From Patescibacteria group bacterium UBA6017 (GTDB taxonomy: Bacteria; Patescibacteriota; Saccharimonadia; UBA4664), in contig DIZX01000002.1 in assembly GCA_002429485.1 (NCBI GenBank), positions 3,082 through 67,081 of the forward strand: a stretch of DNA of 64,000 nucleotides, written 5' to 3'. Shown here piece by piece: positions 28,129 through 37,304 of the stretch. The notes beneath the pieces were generated by a model. The model saw only the letters and a list, made by a program, of their open reading frames with translations. It made no database searches and was not told where the DNA came from. How positions within the stretch are numbered: position 1 is the first letter of the stretch; each line of letters opens with the position of its first letter. The position numbers were made by a program, and so were the translations under genes.

Positions 28129-29598
28129 CTACTCAGGGGTTGGAATTCCGGTTTTTTCGACGGTGTCGGACTTGGGGAATAGCAGCCCGACCTCGGGACG
28201 CACCACGCCTCCGGCAAAGGTCGCGGCAATTTTGCCAGCGGTGGCGGGCATGAACGGCATGAGCAGGGAGGCAATTTGCACCAGATCAGCCACGGCGTGG
28301 TGCAATACTTCGGCCAGATGCTCGGCGTCGGCGCGCTTGCCGGCCGGACCAAGCTCCCACGGCTTCTCCTCTTCGATAAGCTGATTGAGGCCGCGGATGA
28401 GCAGCCAGACTTCGGCCAATGCACGATCGAACCGCAGCTCGGCTAGCGCATCCTCGTAGGGTTTGGTGTCGTGCGAGTGAGGCGGTAGATCGCCAATGAT
28501 ACCGTTTTGGTATTTGGCGATCATCACCTGGACGCGTTGCAAAAGGTTGCCGAGATCATTGGCGAGATCGGCATTGTAGACAGCTTCCATGCGCTGCCAG
28601 GAGAAGTCGCCGTCACCGTCGGACGGGATTTCGCGCAGGAGGTAGTAGCGGAGAGCGTCCACGCCATATTTGGCAATAATTTCGTCAGGTGACACCACAT
28701 TGCCAAGAGATTTGCTCATCTTGTGGCCTTCGCTCGAGATGAAACCGTGCACGTAGAGCGTGCTCGGGAGCGGCAGACCGGCCGAGAGCAGAATGGCGGG
28801 CCAGATGGCGGCGTGGTGGCGCAAAATATCCTTGCCAATAACCTGAACGTCGGCGGGCCAATATTTCTTGAGGGCGTCACCGTCGGGGTAGCCGAGCGCG
28901 GTAATGTAGTTGGCGAGGGCATCGAACCACACGTACATGACCTGGTGCGAATCGCCCGGAACCGGCACGCCCCAGTCGAGCTTCTTCACATCGCGGCTGA
29001 TGCTGATGTCTTCGAGACCGCGTTCGAGCAGCGCCATAATTTCGTTCTTGCGAACCTGGGGCTGGATTCTGAGTTTGTCGGTCGAAATAAGATGCTTGAT
29101 CTGATCGGTGTAAGCGGAAAGTTTGAAGAAATAATTGTCTTCCTTGATCTGCTCGAGAGGGGTTTTATGGATGGGACAGACGTGATTTGGAACCTCAAGA
29201 TCGGTGTAGAAGGTCTCGCAACCCACGCAATACCAACCTTCGTAGCTGGATTTGTAGATGTCTTTGGCGCAGGTAGTCCAGAGGGCTTGGGCGGCTTTTT
29301 TGTGGCTCGCGTCGGTGGTGCGGATAAATTGATCGTTTGAAAGCGAGAGTTTGGTAGTGAGGTTTTTGTAGACCTCACTCATTTCATCGACATACACTTG
29401 GGGGGCTTTACCGGCTTTTTCAGCCGTGCGCTTTATCTTAGTACCGTGCTCATCGGTGCCGGTGAGGAACCAAACGTCATCACCCTTTTGGCGACGATGG
29501 CGCGCCAGTACATCCGACTGGATTAGCTCCATGGCGTAACCGATATGAGGGGCGGCGTTGGTATAGACGATTGAGGAAGTGACGTAGAATTTGCCCAA
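28129..29598 (-). CDS. metG: Methionine--tRNA ligase (short form)
   Basis: PHIGY (HIGH), TGTDEHG, YVWFDAL, KMSKS; TTG start. Confidence 0.96.
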   Translation of the reverse strand: MGKFYVTSSIVYTNAAPHIGYAMELIQSDVLARHRRQKGDDVWFLTGTDEHGTKIKRTAEKAGKAPQVYVDEMSEVYKNLTTKLSLSNDQFIRTTDASHKKAAQALWTTCAKDIYKSSYEGWYCVGCETFYTDLEVPNHVCPIHKTPLEQIKEDNYFFKLSAYTDQIKHLISTDKLRIQPQVRKNEIMALLERGLEDISISRDVKKLDWGVPVPGDSHQVMYVWFDALANYITALGYPDGDALKKYWPADVQVIGKDILRHHAAIWPAILLSAGLPLPSTLYVHGFISSEGHKMSKSLGNVVSPDEIIAKYGVDALRYYLLREIPSDGDGDFSWQRMEAVYNADLANDLGNLLQRVQVMIAKYQNGIIGDLPPHSHDTKPYEDALAELRFDRALAEVWLLIRGLNQLIEEEKPWELGPAGKRADAEHLAEVLHHAVADLVQIASLLMPFMPATAGKIAATFAGGVVRPEVGLLFPKSDTVEKTGIPTPE

Positions 29599-29650
29599 GG
29601 TAAACCTGATCTTTTATGCGGGTAATCGTACCATACGAGGCTACGTGAGG

Positions 29651-30376
29651 CTAGGAGCGGGCAATGCCGGGAAACGGCGGGTTGGCGGTTTTGCCGGGTT
29701 TGGGCTGCTTCGAAAACTTCGATTTCAGTCGCCCCGCACCGTGAATGAGACGGAGGGCAACCGAAATACCCAAGAGTACCAGGGCGGCGATGGCGAGCTG
29801 GGTAGCGAGGTCATGAAAAACTGCGGTAAGAAACGGCGCGAAAGCGGTTTTGATCGACAAAGTATCGGGCTTTGAGAGCAATCCAAGGATTATGCTCGGT
29901 GAGAACCAAAATATGGCTGCCGAAAGACCGACGCCGGTGGCGGCGCCGAAAGCTGCGCGCGAGAGCAGTGTTAGGCGACGCTGCCCGCCGACAATGATTA
30001 TGAGGATGATCATGGCTACGATGGCCAGTTCAGCATAGAGAGCTACCGTGGGAAGGAAATTCGTAATGCCTAGGATCTTCGGGTCGGAGATGCCAACATT
30101 CACCGGGCCGGAGCCGAAATCGGCGACGGGGGTGGGGGCTCCTTTGAGTAGATGGTCGATGAATTGGGGCAATATGGCGTTTACTTGGGTTTGAACGAGA
30201 GCTGGGTCGACGGCCGGAACTTGAGCATGGATTTGATCGTAAAGCTTCACTTGATCTGCCTGATGCTCAAGATATGTGGCGCTACCAAGCGTATGGCCGA
30301 GCGTCCAGAGCGTCACAGTAATCGAAAGCGCGGTCGAGAGTAGGAGGGCTAGTAGATGGCCGAGGAATTTCATCAT
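29651..30376 (-). CDS. Hypothetical 4-TM membrane protein
   Basis: Hydrophobic helices; TAAGCT -10-like box 8 nt upstream. Confidence 0.7.
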   Translation of the reverse strand: MMKFLGHLLALLLSTALSITVTLWTLGHTLGSATYLEHQADQVKLYDQIHAQVPAVDPALVQTQVNAILPQFIDHLLKGAPTPVADFGSGPVNVGISDPKILGITNFLPTVALYAELAIVAMIILIIIVGGQRRLTLLSRAAFGAATGVGLSAAIFWFSPSIILGLLSKPDTLSIKTAFAPFLTAVFHDLATQLAIAALVLLGISVALRLIHGAGRLKSKFSKQPKPGKTANPPFPGIARS

Positions 30377-30415
30377 TTGGGCGCAGCTTAGCAATAATTG
30401 TTATGGTTGTAAACG

Positions 30416-31246
30416 TTAATCGAGCAGCTGGTGCTTTTCAGCAAGTTTGTAGAGGCGCTGCCAGGCTTTGAGATCGAGTTCTTGGGCGCGGGCAGTGGGA
30501 ATGAGTTTGGCGTCGGCAATTAATTGGATGGCAAACTCGGAGGACAGATTGAGGCTGCCGGCGAGAGCATTTTTGAGCTGCTTACGCTTTTCGCCATAGC
30601 CAGCTTTGATGAGGCGGAATAACTTGGCTGGATCGGCTGGAAAGGCGGGGCCGGTAAGAGTCACGCGCAGCACGGCCGAATCAACCGCCGGAGCCGGCCA
30701 GAATTTGTGGCGTTCCACGATGCGCACGATCTCGGGGTGGCCGTAATACTGTACCGATAAGGCCAGGATGGAGAGTTGGCCGGGTTTGGCCACAATGCGC
30801 TCGGCGACTTCTTTTTGAATTAAGACCGACATGACGGAGGGCGGGTTGGGGCTCTCGATGAGGAGACGGAAGATTTTGGAGGTGAGGTAATACGGAATGT
30901 TGGCGATGGCTTTGTAGCCGGCGGGCAACGATGAGACGTCGAAGGTGAGGATGTCCTCTAAGACCACCTGGAGATTGTCGGGGGCGTCACGGGTAAGAAT
31001 TTCGGCCAGGACGCGGTCGGTTTCGACGGCAACTACTTGGCCGGCGAGCTCGGTGAGTGGGCGCGTCATTACGCCCAAACCGGGGCCGATCTCGAGCACG
31101 GTATCAGCTTTGGTGACGGCGGCGGCGTCCATAATGGCCTCAAGACTGGGCTTGTCGACCAGAAAATGCTGGCCGAGGCCTTTGTTGGGCCGGATGCCAG
31201 CGAGCTTAAGGGCGGTGCGTACGTCTTCGGCGCGAGTTAAATCCAT
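30416..31246 (-). CDS. rsmA: 16S rRNA m6,2A dimethyltransferase RsmA/KsgA
   Basis: LGQHFL, VLEIGPGLG, ANIPYY, QKEVAER, FWPAPAVDS. Confidence 0.96.
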   Translation of the reverse strand: MDLTRAEDVRTALKLAGIRPNKGLGQHFLVDKPSLEAIMDAAAVTKADTVLEIGPGLGVMTRPLTELAGQVVAVETDRVLAEILTRDAPDNLQVVLEDILTFDVSSLPAGYKAIANIPYYLTSKIFRLLIESPNPPSVMSVLIQKEVAERIVAKPGQLSILALSVQYYGHPEIVRIVERHKFWPAPAVDSAVLRVTLTGPAFPADPAKLFRLIKAGYGEKRKQLKNALAGSLNLSSEFAIQLIADAKLIPTARAQELDLKAWQRLYKLAEKHQLLD

Positions 31247-31274
31247 GAGCTCAAGTGTACCAGATAAGTTAGGG

Positions 31275-32444
31275 TTATTCGGCGATGCAGGCGCCGGTGG
31301 TGGTTGGAGCGGCGGTGCGGGCATAGGTGAGGTCGGGAAGGATTTCGGCGGAGGTGAGGGCGTAACCGACGTCGGGGTTGGTGGTGGAGGTGGCGAAGAT
31401 CACACCGATGACGGTGCCGTCGGTGCCAACGAGCGGGCCGCCGGAATTGCCGGGACGCACGACGGCCTGGAGGACGTAGATATCGCGGCGGATGAAGCCG
31501 GCGTCGTAGATGTTGCGGCCGACGGCGGTTTGGCGCTCGAGCACGGCGGCGGCGCCGGCGGTAAAGCCTCCCCCACCCGGGTAGCCCAAGGCGGCCGCGA
31601 TGGTGCCGCGGGGCACTACAGCGGATTCAATCCGCAATGGTGCGGCCGCCAGGCCATCGGCGCGCAGGACGGCGAAGTCAAGATCGGGGTCAAATAACAC
31701 CGCGGTGGCGCGGTGGCGCCCGGCGGTGTCATAAATTACCGGTGAATCTATGCCGGCCACCACGTGCGCGTTCGTGGCCACTAGACCGGTACCGGCTACG
31801 AAGCCCGAGCCTTCCTGGATACCGCCACAGCCCGCACCTTCAATCTTAACGGTGGCGTCATGGGCAATTGCGGCGGCGCCGTTCACGGCGGCGGCATTCG
31901 GGCCGGTAACAGGCGGTGCCGGCGCAGGCTCGAGGCCTACGAAGACCCGCGGGAACTTCGATGCACCAATGACTCGCTCAAATTGAGACATAACCACCGG
32001 GGCGGGCGGCAAGGCGCGGTCGAGAGAGCGCAAAATAGTTGAAGTTTGAATATCAGCCGCCAGCACCGGTCCGGCTGAGCCTCCAAAAGTAGCCGCCAAC
32101 AGCCATGCCGCCAATAAACTTGCCACGAAGCCAAAAACGGCACCCATGGCACCATCGAGCGCACCCAGACGAGCCCGTTGGATTACCGTTGCCAAATAGG
32201 CGCCTAGTGTTTCGCCGATACCACTAAGGGTAAGCGCAATAGCAAAAAATATCACTACAACTACCAGCGACCGGCTAGCCGTGAGAGGCAGATAACTGGC
32301 AATCCCCGGCGCCACAAATGCGCCGAGAATCAAGCCGATCAAAAATCCTCCAAGGGAACCGACTTGGCGAAAGAATCCCGCTAACACGCCTCGAATAGTA
32401 GCGGCCAAGACAATAACTATGATGATAATATCGAGAAAATTCAC
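31275..32444 (-). CDS. MarP-like membrane serine protease (CvpA TM + trypsin domain)
   Basis: Four TM; GSGF, TNAHVV, DFAVL, GNSGGP catalytic triad. Confidence 0.9.
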   Translation of the reverse strand: MNFLDIIIIVIVLAATIRGVLAGFFRQVGSLGGFLIGLILGAFVAPGIASYLPLTASRSLVVVVIFFAIALTLSGIGETLGAYLATVIQRARLGALDGAMGAVFGFVASLLAAWLLAATFGGSAGPVLAADIQTSTILRSLDRALPPAPVVMSQFERVIGASKFPRVFVGLEPAPAPPVTGPNAAAVNGAAAIAHDATVKIEGAGCGGIQEGSGFVAGTGLVATNAHVVAGIDSPVIYDTAGRHRATAVLFDPDLDFAVLRADGLAAAPLRIESAVVPRGTIAAALGYPGGGGFTAGAAAVLERQTAVGRNIYDAGFIRRDIYVLQAVVRPGNSGGPLVGTDGTVIGVIFATSTTNPDVGYALTSAEILPDLTYARTAAPTTTGACIAE

Positions 32445-32484
32445 GCTATGAAGTATAACTCAGCCGGGTAGGCTACCGAATCGG

Positions 32485-33696
32485 CTATTTACACTGCCAA
32501 GCTGAGGTACCTTCGTGAGCCATCTTCTTGGCCGCGAGCTGGATTTGGACCGTTCCGTCAAAAATATTGTCGTTTGTACCGCCGGCCGAACGCCAAGTTG
32601 AGGGCAGGAACTGGAACAAGCCGGTGGGGTGCTCACCGTTGACTACGAAATGACTCACGGAAGTGGCATTGCCGTGGGATTCGCAGTTCATGATTCGCAG
32701 CAAGGTGTTGGGGTCGAGTGCCCATTGGGCGGCGGCGGCTTCCACGAGCGGGCGCCAGTATTCCACGGAGCCGGCAAACATAACCTTGGTACCCTCAACA
32801 ACTACCTGGTCAACGGGCTGGACCTGACTCACTACCTGAATTGCTTCCCTGCCGGTCTCAATTCCGTTCTTGTAATGAATCCGGTAGGTCACGGTTTTTT
32901 GTCCGTCGGAACCGGGGGTTCTAATGCTTGACTGGCCCTTGAGCTGGGTCGGGTCGGCGATTGTGGTGACATGGCGAGGCAGGGACTGCGTAAGGGTCGC
33001 TAAGGCTTCAGAGACGCGGGTAATAGACACATCCATACCGGGCGTAACCGGGAGGCTTAGATTGGCAGAAACGGTGTCCTGCGCGCCCAAGGCCACTCCG
33101 ACCGCCTTTAGTGCCGCCCCCACCGTGGGCTCTTGAGTGCGGATAGTACGGACCTTACCGTCAACGCTTACGTTCACGGGTTTAGCCCGGGTAACTACTA
33201 CCTCTTCGCCGAGGGCGTCCGAATCGACAATGTTGGAAATGACCTCGGTGCGGAACTGATCTTCGGGGTAAATAATCAGCCCCGCAGCCAGTGCCAGCAG
33301 GCGCGGGCTCTGATAGGCACTGCTGATGCGATGAGTCTGGATACCGTCGACAACAATGACAGGCCGAGCGCGATAAACGTTGATGTTGAACTGAGTTTTT
33401 GGCACCGGAGTACTGACGGCCGGCTCTACGAGGTCCTGCTTGTCTAGCTTGACGTTAGCACGACGCAGGACATCACCGACCGTACCGGCATCTGTCGAAA
33501 ACAATCGCTGCTGGCCATCGGCGTACAGCGAGATAATAGCCTGTGACTGAGCATCAGCCGTCGCCGCCATAGGCAGACCACCGGACGACGTGCCGAGACT
33601 GACAATCGAAATTAATATGCCTATCGCCAAGAGATTGCGCGGCTGAGCGGAAAGTCTCTGAAAGAAGGCGACAAGTGATTTATGGGCATTACGCAA
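32485..33696 (-). CDS. RpfB/YabE-like protein: DUF348 repeats + G5 + lytic transglycosylase
   Basis: TVGDVL..D.VEP repeats, G5 (GSDGQKTVTY...VVVEGTK), CESHGN...GLFQFLPSTW lysozyme-like domain; TTG start. Confidence 0.85.
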   Translation of the reverse strand: MRNAHKSLVAFFQRLSAQPRNLLAIGILISIVSLGTSSGGLPMAATADAQSQAIISLYADGQQRLFSTDAGTVGDVLRRANVKLDKQDLVEPAVSTPVPKTQFNINVYRARPVIVVDGIQTHRISSAYQSPRLLALAAGLIIYPEDQFRTEVISNIVDSDALGEEVVVTRAKPVNVSVDGKVRTIRTQEPTVGAALKAVGVALGAQDTVSANLSLPVTPGMDVSITRVSEALATLTQSLPRHVTTIADPTQLKGQSSIRTPGSDGQKTVTYRIHYKNGIETGREAIQVVSQVQPVDQVVVEGTKVMFAGSVEYWRPLVEAAAAQWALDPNTLLRIMNCESHGNATSVSHFVVNGEHPTGLFQFLPSTWRSAGGTNDNIFDGTVQIQLAAKKMAHEGTSAWQCK

Positions 33697-33733
33697 AATA
33701 AAAAACGTCTCTTTCGTTATACGAAGCGACTTT

Positions 33734-33763
33734 TTATTTCTGGTTTTTGGTTTTTACGAACAT
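33734..33763 (-). CDS. Candidate leader peptide MFVKTKNQK
   Basis: ATG 4 nt behind the -10 of TTGACT-17-TAACAT; stop codon lies in the hairpin arm upstream of the rpfB-like start. Confidence 0.35.
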   Translation of the reverse strand: MFVKTKNQK

Positions 33764-33767
33764 GCTT

Positions 33768-33796
33768 ATGTTACTGAACTATCTGGGAGTAGTCAA
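33768..33796 (-). promoter_or_regulatory. Sigma70-type promoter of the rpfB-like gene
   Basis: TTGACT-17 nt-TAACAT. Confidence 0.6.
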
Positions 33797-33993
33797 ATTT
33801 TGAGGCCTAATCGATGGGCCTTGGCGGGTTGTGCGATTGACTTGCTCACGAACTCGACCTCTTTGCTTATCGTTGCGTTGTCTTGTCGGGCGCTCGCTGC
33901 GCCACTCGCTCAACCCTTAGCGGCGTTACTCGACGCGCCGTAGTATCTGGCGCTCACTTCTCCACAGTGTATCCCCTCATAGGCACTAATAGC

Positions 33994-34725
33994 CTAGCTG
34001 ACCTTGGTGCCGATGTTTTCGCCCTCGATGACACGGCGGATATTGCCGCGGGTAAGCAAGTCGAAGATTACTATGGGGAGATGATTATCCATGGCGAGGG
34101 AGATGGCGGCATTGTCCATGACATTCATTTCCGGATCAGATAGGACTTTACCGAAGGTGAGGTTGTCGTGCTTTACGGCTTCCGGGTGGTTCTTGGGGTC
34201 TTTGTCGTAGACGCCGTCGACCTTAGTAGCCTTGATGACCATATCGCACTCGAGTTCAAGAGCGGTGGTAACAGCGGCGGTGTCGGTGGTGACATATGGG
34301 GTGCCGGTGCCGCCCGCGACCACTACCACTCTCCCCTTCTCCAGGTGGCGCAGGCCGCGGCCGCGAGTGAAGGGCTCGGCGACTTGGTCGGAACGCACGC
34401 GGGTCTGGAGCCGGGCCGGAACGCCGTTGGCTTTGAGAATATCAACTAGTGCCATGCCGTTGATGAGCGTGGCGAGCATACCCATGTAGTCGCCGGTAGC
34501 GCGCTCAATGCCACTCTTGGCCACACTAGCGCCGCGCATAATATTGCCGCCGCCGACGATAATAGCTAGCTGAACGTTGGTGGCGGCGATGGTTTCGGCG
34601 AGTTCTTGGGCAAGTTTATTAACGAAAATAGGATCGACACCGTATTCACGATCACCAGCGAATTGTTCACCCGAGAGTTTGAGTAGAACGCGTTTGTGGG
34701 TTTGGGTAGTAGGGGGTGTTTGCAT
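33994..34725 (-). CDS. pyrH: UMP kinase
   Basis: RVLLKLSGE, VGGGNIMRG, DYMGMLAT, TTDTAA, KVDGVYDKDP. Confidence 0.97.
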   Translation of the reverse strand: MQTPPTTQTHKRVLLKLSGEQFAGDREYGVDPIFVNKLAQELAETIAATNVQLAIIVGGGNIMRGASVAKSGIERATGDYMGMLATLINGMALVDILKANGVPARLQTRVRSDQVAEPFTRGRGLRHLEKGRVVVVAGGTGTPYVTTDTAAVTTALELECDMVIKATKVDGVYDKDPKNHPEAVKHDNLTFGKVLSDPEMNVMDNAAISLAMDNHLPIVIFDLLTRGNIRRVIEGENIGTKVS

Positions 34726-34764
34726 CGGTACTAATTATAGAGATGAAACGAATTTGTACAAGAA

Positions 34765-37242
34765 TTACTCGTCACTGCCTCGGCGTTGGAGCATTATTAT
34801 GGCGACGGCCAGCAAGGCTAGGCCCAGTCCGGCCGAAATCAGGTACTTTGGCAAGGCATAGAAGAAATCCCGGAGTTGATACAACACCTCGAGCACGAGC
34901 GTGACCACGCCCCACATCGTGACGAGCCGGAAGGACAGGCCCATGCCAATAAAAACCAAGGCGAGGGCTTCGAAGATGAGCAGTAAGCCGTAGCCTTGGC
35001 CGTTTTCGCCCAAAGCCTGAGCGGCCAGCGGAATGGTCAGTATGGCGAGGGCAACAACGACGAAACCATCATAGATTTCATGCCCAAGGTCGCGACGGCG
35101 GTAGCCGAGATAAGCGGTATATGCTGCCCAAGGCACGGTGTATAGCTGGGTCTGGGTGACGTCAAGAACGTTTAGCAGCCAATTGAACGACAGTACCAGG
35201 ACTCCACCGGCGACCTCTTGGAGTAGCGGTTGGGCTTGACGCTTGGCCTCGGCGAACAGCAGGCCGCCGCCCACCGCCAAGGCCAGAACGGGCTCAAGGT
35301 GATGAGACTCCTGGCCGATCCCGACGAAGGCCCCGATGAACGGGCCAAACAGCCCCGAGTAGCGTAGCGGCAATGCTCGTTCGGGATTTTCCTCAACAGC
35401 ACCGAGAGAATATATTGCCCCGCCGCTCAATAGCAGAATGAGGGAAACGCTGGCAAAGTTCCAATTATTAATGCCAGCCAGTTGGCCTAGGGCCAGGTAT
35501 AGGCTGGCGGCGGCACCATAGACGTATTCGTTGCGGTGCTCGGTTAGGCTCAAGGCGTACAATGCGCCGGCGACACCGAGACCAACGACAAGGAGGGCAG
35601 TTTGAGAAGAAATGGCGGCGGCACAGACGGCCAAAATCAGGGCCAGCAAATAACCGGCCACGCCAACGGCTTCACCGGAATCTGGCCAGCCACGCAGTCG
35701 CCGGGCCCACCAGACGAGGAGCGGTACCTCCACCATCAGCGCGCCGGCGACGGCGCTCCAGGGCGAAGCCGGGTCGAGGTAGAGGCGAAAGAAGACGAAT
35801 GGCAGGGCGAGCAAGCTGAGGACTGCCAGCATAGCCAGTCCGGATTGACGTTGCCGCAACGCTAATTCGCCGTTGATGAGCGCGGCGGCCGCGAGAATGG
35901 CAGCGATGGCACCAGGACGGTCGTAAAGGACAATGATACCGGCCAGAGGCAAGAGGCCCGTGATGATGGCCAATAATTGACGCCAGCGCTGACTGAGGCG
36001 CTTGGTCAACAGGTGCTCACCCACGAAATAGACCGCACAAACCCCCAGCATCATGGCAGCAATCCCGGTGCGCGACATACTGTCCCACAGCCCCACACTC
36101 AGCGCAGCCGGAAGACTGATCAGGGCAAGAGCCCAATAGGTTTCACCATCGGGTTTGGAGGAGAAACGGTCGGCCATGGCCGCGTAGAATACCCCGGCTA
36201 GGCCAATGGTGACGCCAACCTGAGACAAACCGTTGTCACCCACGGCAAAAAATGACAGGAGCAGCGAAATCGGCACAAAAATGTTGGCGCTCAACATAAT
36301 CGCATCGGCGGTATCTTCCCACAGCAACTTGGTGCGCCCGAGGACCAACAGGAGAATCGAGACGATAGCCATGCCCCAGCCAAACCAATACACGGGGAGA
36401 TTGAACAGCGATATGCTCGACTCGAATGTCGATAGAGCGGTGAACGCCATGAGGTAGGCGATGTAAGTTTGGCGCGTAATAGCCAGCGTCACGATGTAGG
36501 CAGCGAGGGTGATGGCTGAAGTAGCGAACCAGGTGGCCGATCCGAAGTCATGCAATGAAGTGAAGTTGTAGGCGGCGAGACCGATCAAAGGGAGCATCAC
36601 GAGGCCAATGCCGGTGAAAGTGACCCCGGCAGGCCGAAGCTTAGTCGTGCGCAAGAATAGCATCAGGCCGACAAAGTAGAAGACTGCAGCAAACAGACCC
36701 AAGAAGAGCGTCTTGAAGACGCCCGAGAGGGTTTCGAAGTTGTAGCCGACAAAAATGCCAGCCGAGACCACGATCAGGAAGGCCCCAAGATACAAAATTA
36801 CATTAATGTTGTCGAGGCTATGCACGACGTCGCTGACGTCAATCGAGCTCCAGGCGGAGGTGGAGGTGGAGATGGAGGTGGAGGCATCGGCCGGAGCCAT
36901 CCCTTGCCAGTCGCTGGCGACGCTGGAGCTGGATGCGAGCGCGGCATCACTCGACTTATCGCGAGAGTGGCCGGGTTCAAAGCGGGCCACGGGAATACCG
37001 CCCTCCAGCCTGCCGATAATTTGGTTGAGCTCGAGGGACAATTCGGGCGATTGCTTGTCGGCAAGTAGGCGTAACTCGGCAATTGCGGCGTGATCGGTTG
37101 GAGCCGCAGTGACGGCTGGGTTAGCCAGAGTTACCGTGGAAACCTTACCATGGCGCGATACCCACCGAATAAAAGCTACTAGCCCAACTACGTAGAATAC
37201 CGGTACGCTCAGAGCAAGTAGAATATAGGTTAAGATGTCCAT
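34765..37242 (-). CDS. Large polytopic membrane protein (DUF2157/DUF2339-like)
   Basis: About 20+ hydrophobic helices; ILYLGAFLIVVSAGIFV motif after a Ser-rich linker. Confidence 0.7.
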   Translation of the reverse strand: MDILTYILLALSVPVFYVVGLVAFIRWVSRHGKVSTVTLANPAVTAAPTDHAAIAELRLLADKQSPELSLELNQIIGRLEGGIPVARFEPGHSRDKSSDAALASSSSVASDWQGMAPADASTSISTSTSAWSSIDVSDVVHSLDNINVILYLGAFLIVVSAGIFVGYNFETLSGVFKTLFLGLFAAVFYFVGLMLFLRTTKLRPAGVTFTGIGLVMLPLIGLAAYNFTSLHDFGSATWFATSAITLAAYIVTLAITRQTYIAYLMAFTALSTFESSISLFNLPVYWFGWGMAIVSILLLVLGRTKLLWEDTADAIMLSANIFVPISLLLSFFAVGDNGLSQVGVTIGLAGVFYAAMADRFSSKPDGETYWALALISLPAALSVGLWDSMSRTGIAAMMLGVCAVYFVGEHLLTKRLSQRWRQLLAIITGLLPLAGIIVLYDRPGAIAAILAAAALINGELALRQRQSGLAMLAVLSLLALPFVFFRLYLDPASPWSAVAGALMVEVPLLVWWARRLRGWPDSGEAVGVAGYLLALILAVCAAAISSQTALLVVGLGVAGALYALSLTEHRNEYVYGAAASLYLALGQLAGINNWNFASVSLILLLSGGAIYSLGAVEENPERALPLRYSGLFGPFIGAFVGIGQESHHLEPVLALAVGGGLLFAEAKRQAQPLLQEVAGGVLVLSFNWLLNVLDVTQTQLYTVPWAAYTAYLGYRRRDLGHEIYDGFVVVALAILTIPLAAQALGENGQGYGLLLIFEALALVFIGMGLSFRLVTMWGVVTLVLEVLYQLRDFFYALPKYLISAGLGLALLAVAIIMLQRRGSDE

Positions 37243-37304
37243 GAAAGTTCCGCTTATGCTACAACCATAAGCGCGTAGATCGGCTTGTGCAAGGTAACCT
37301 ACGC

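Noticed and set aside
33800-33990. GC-rich intergenic stretch with CGCTCGC-type words, possibly a REP/mini-element
   Set aside because: No clear terminal repeats or second copy in the window; only an 8-bp match to the pcrA insert
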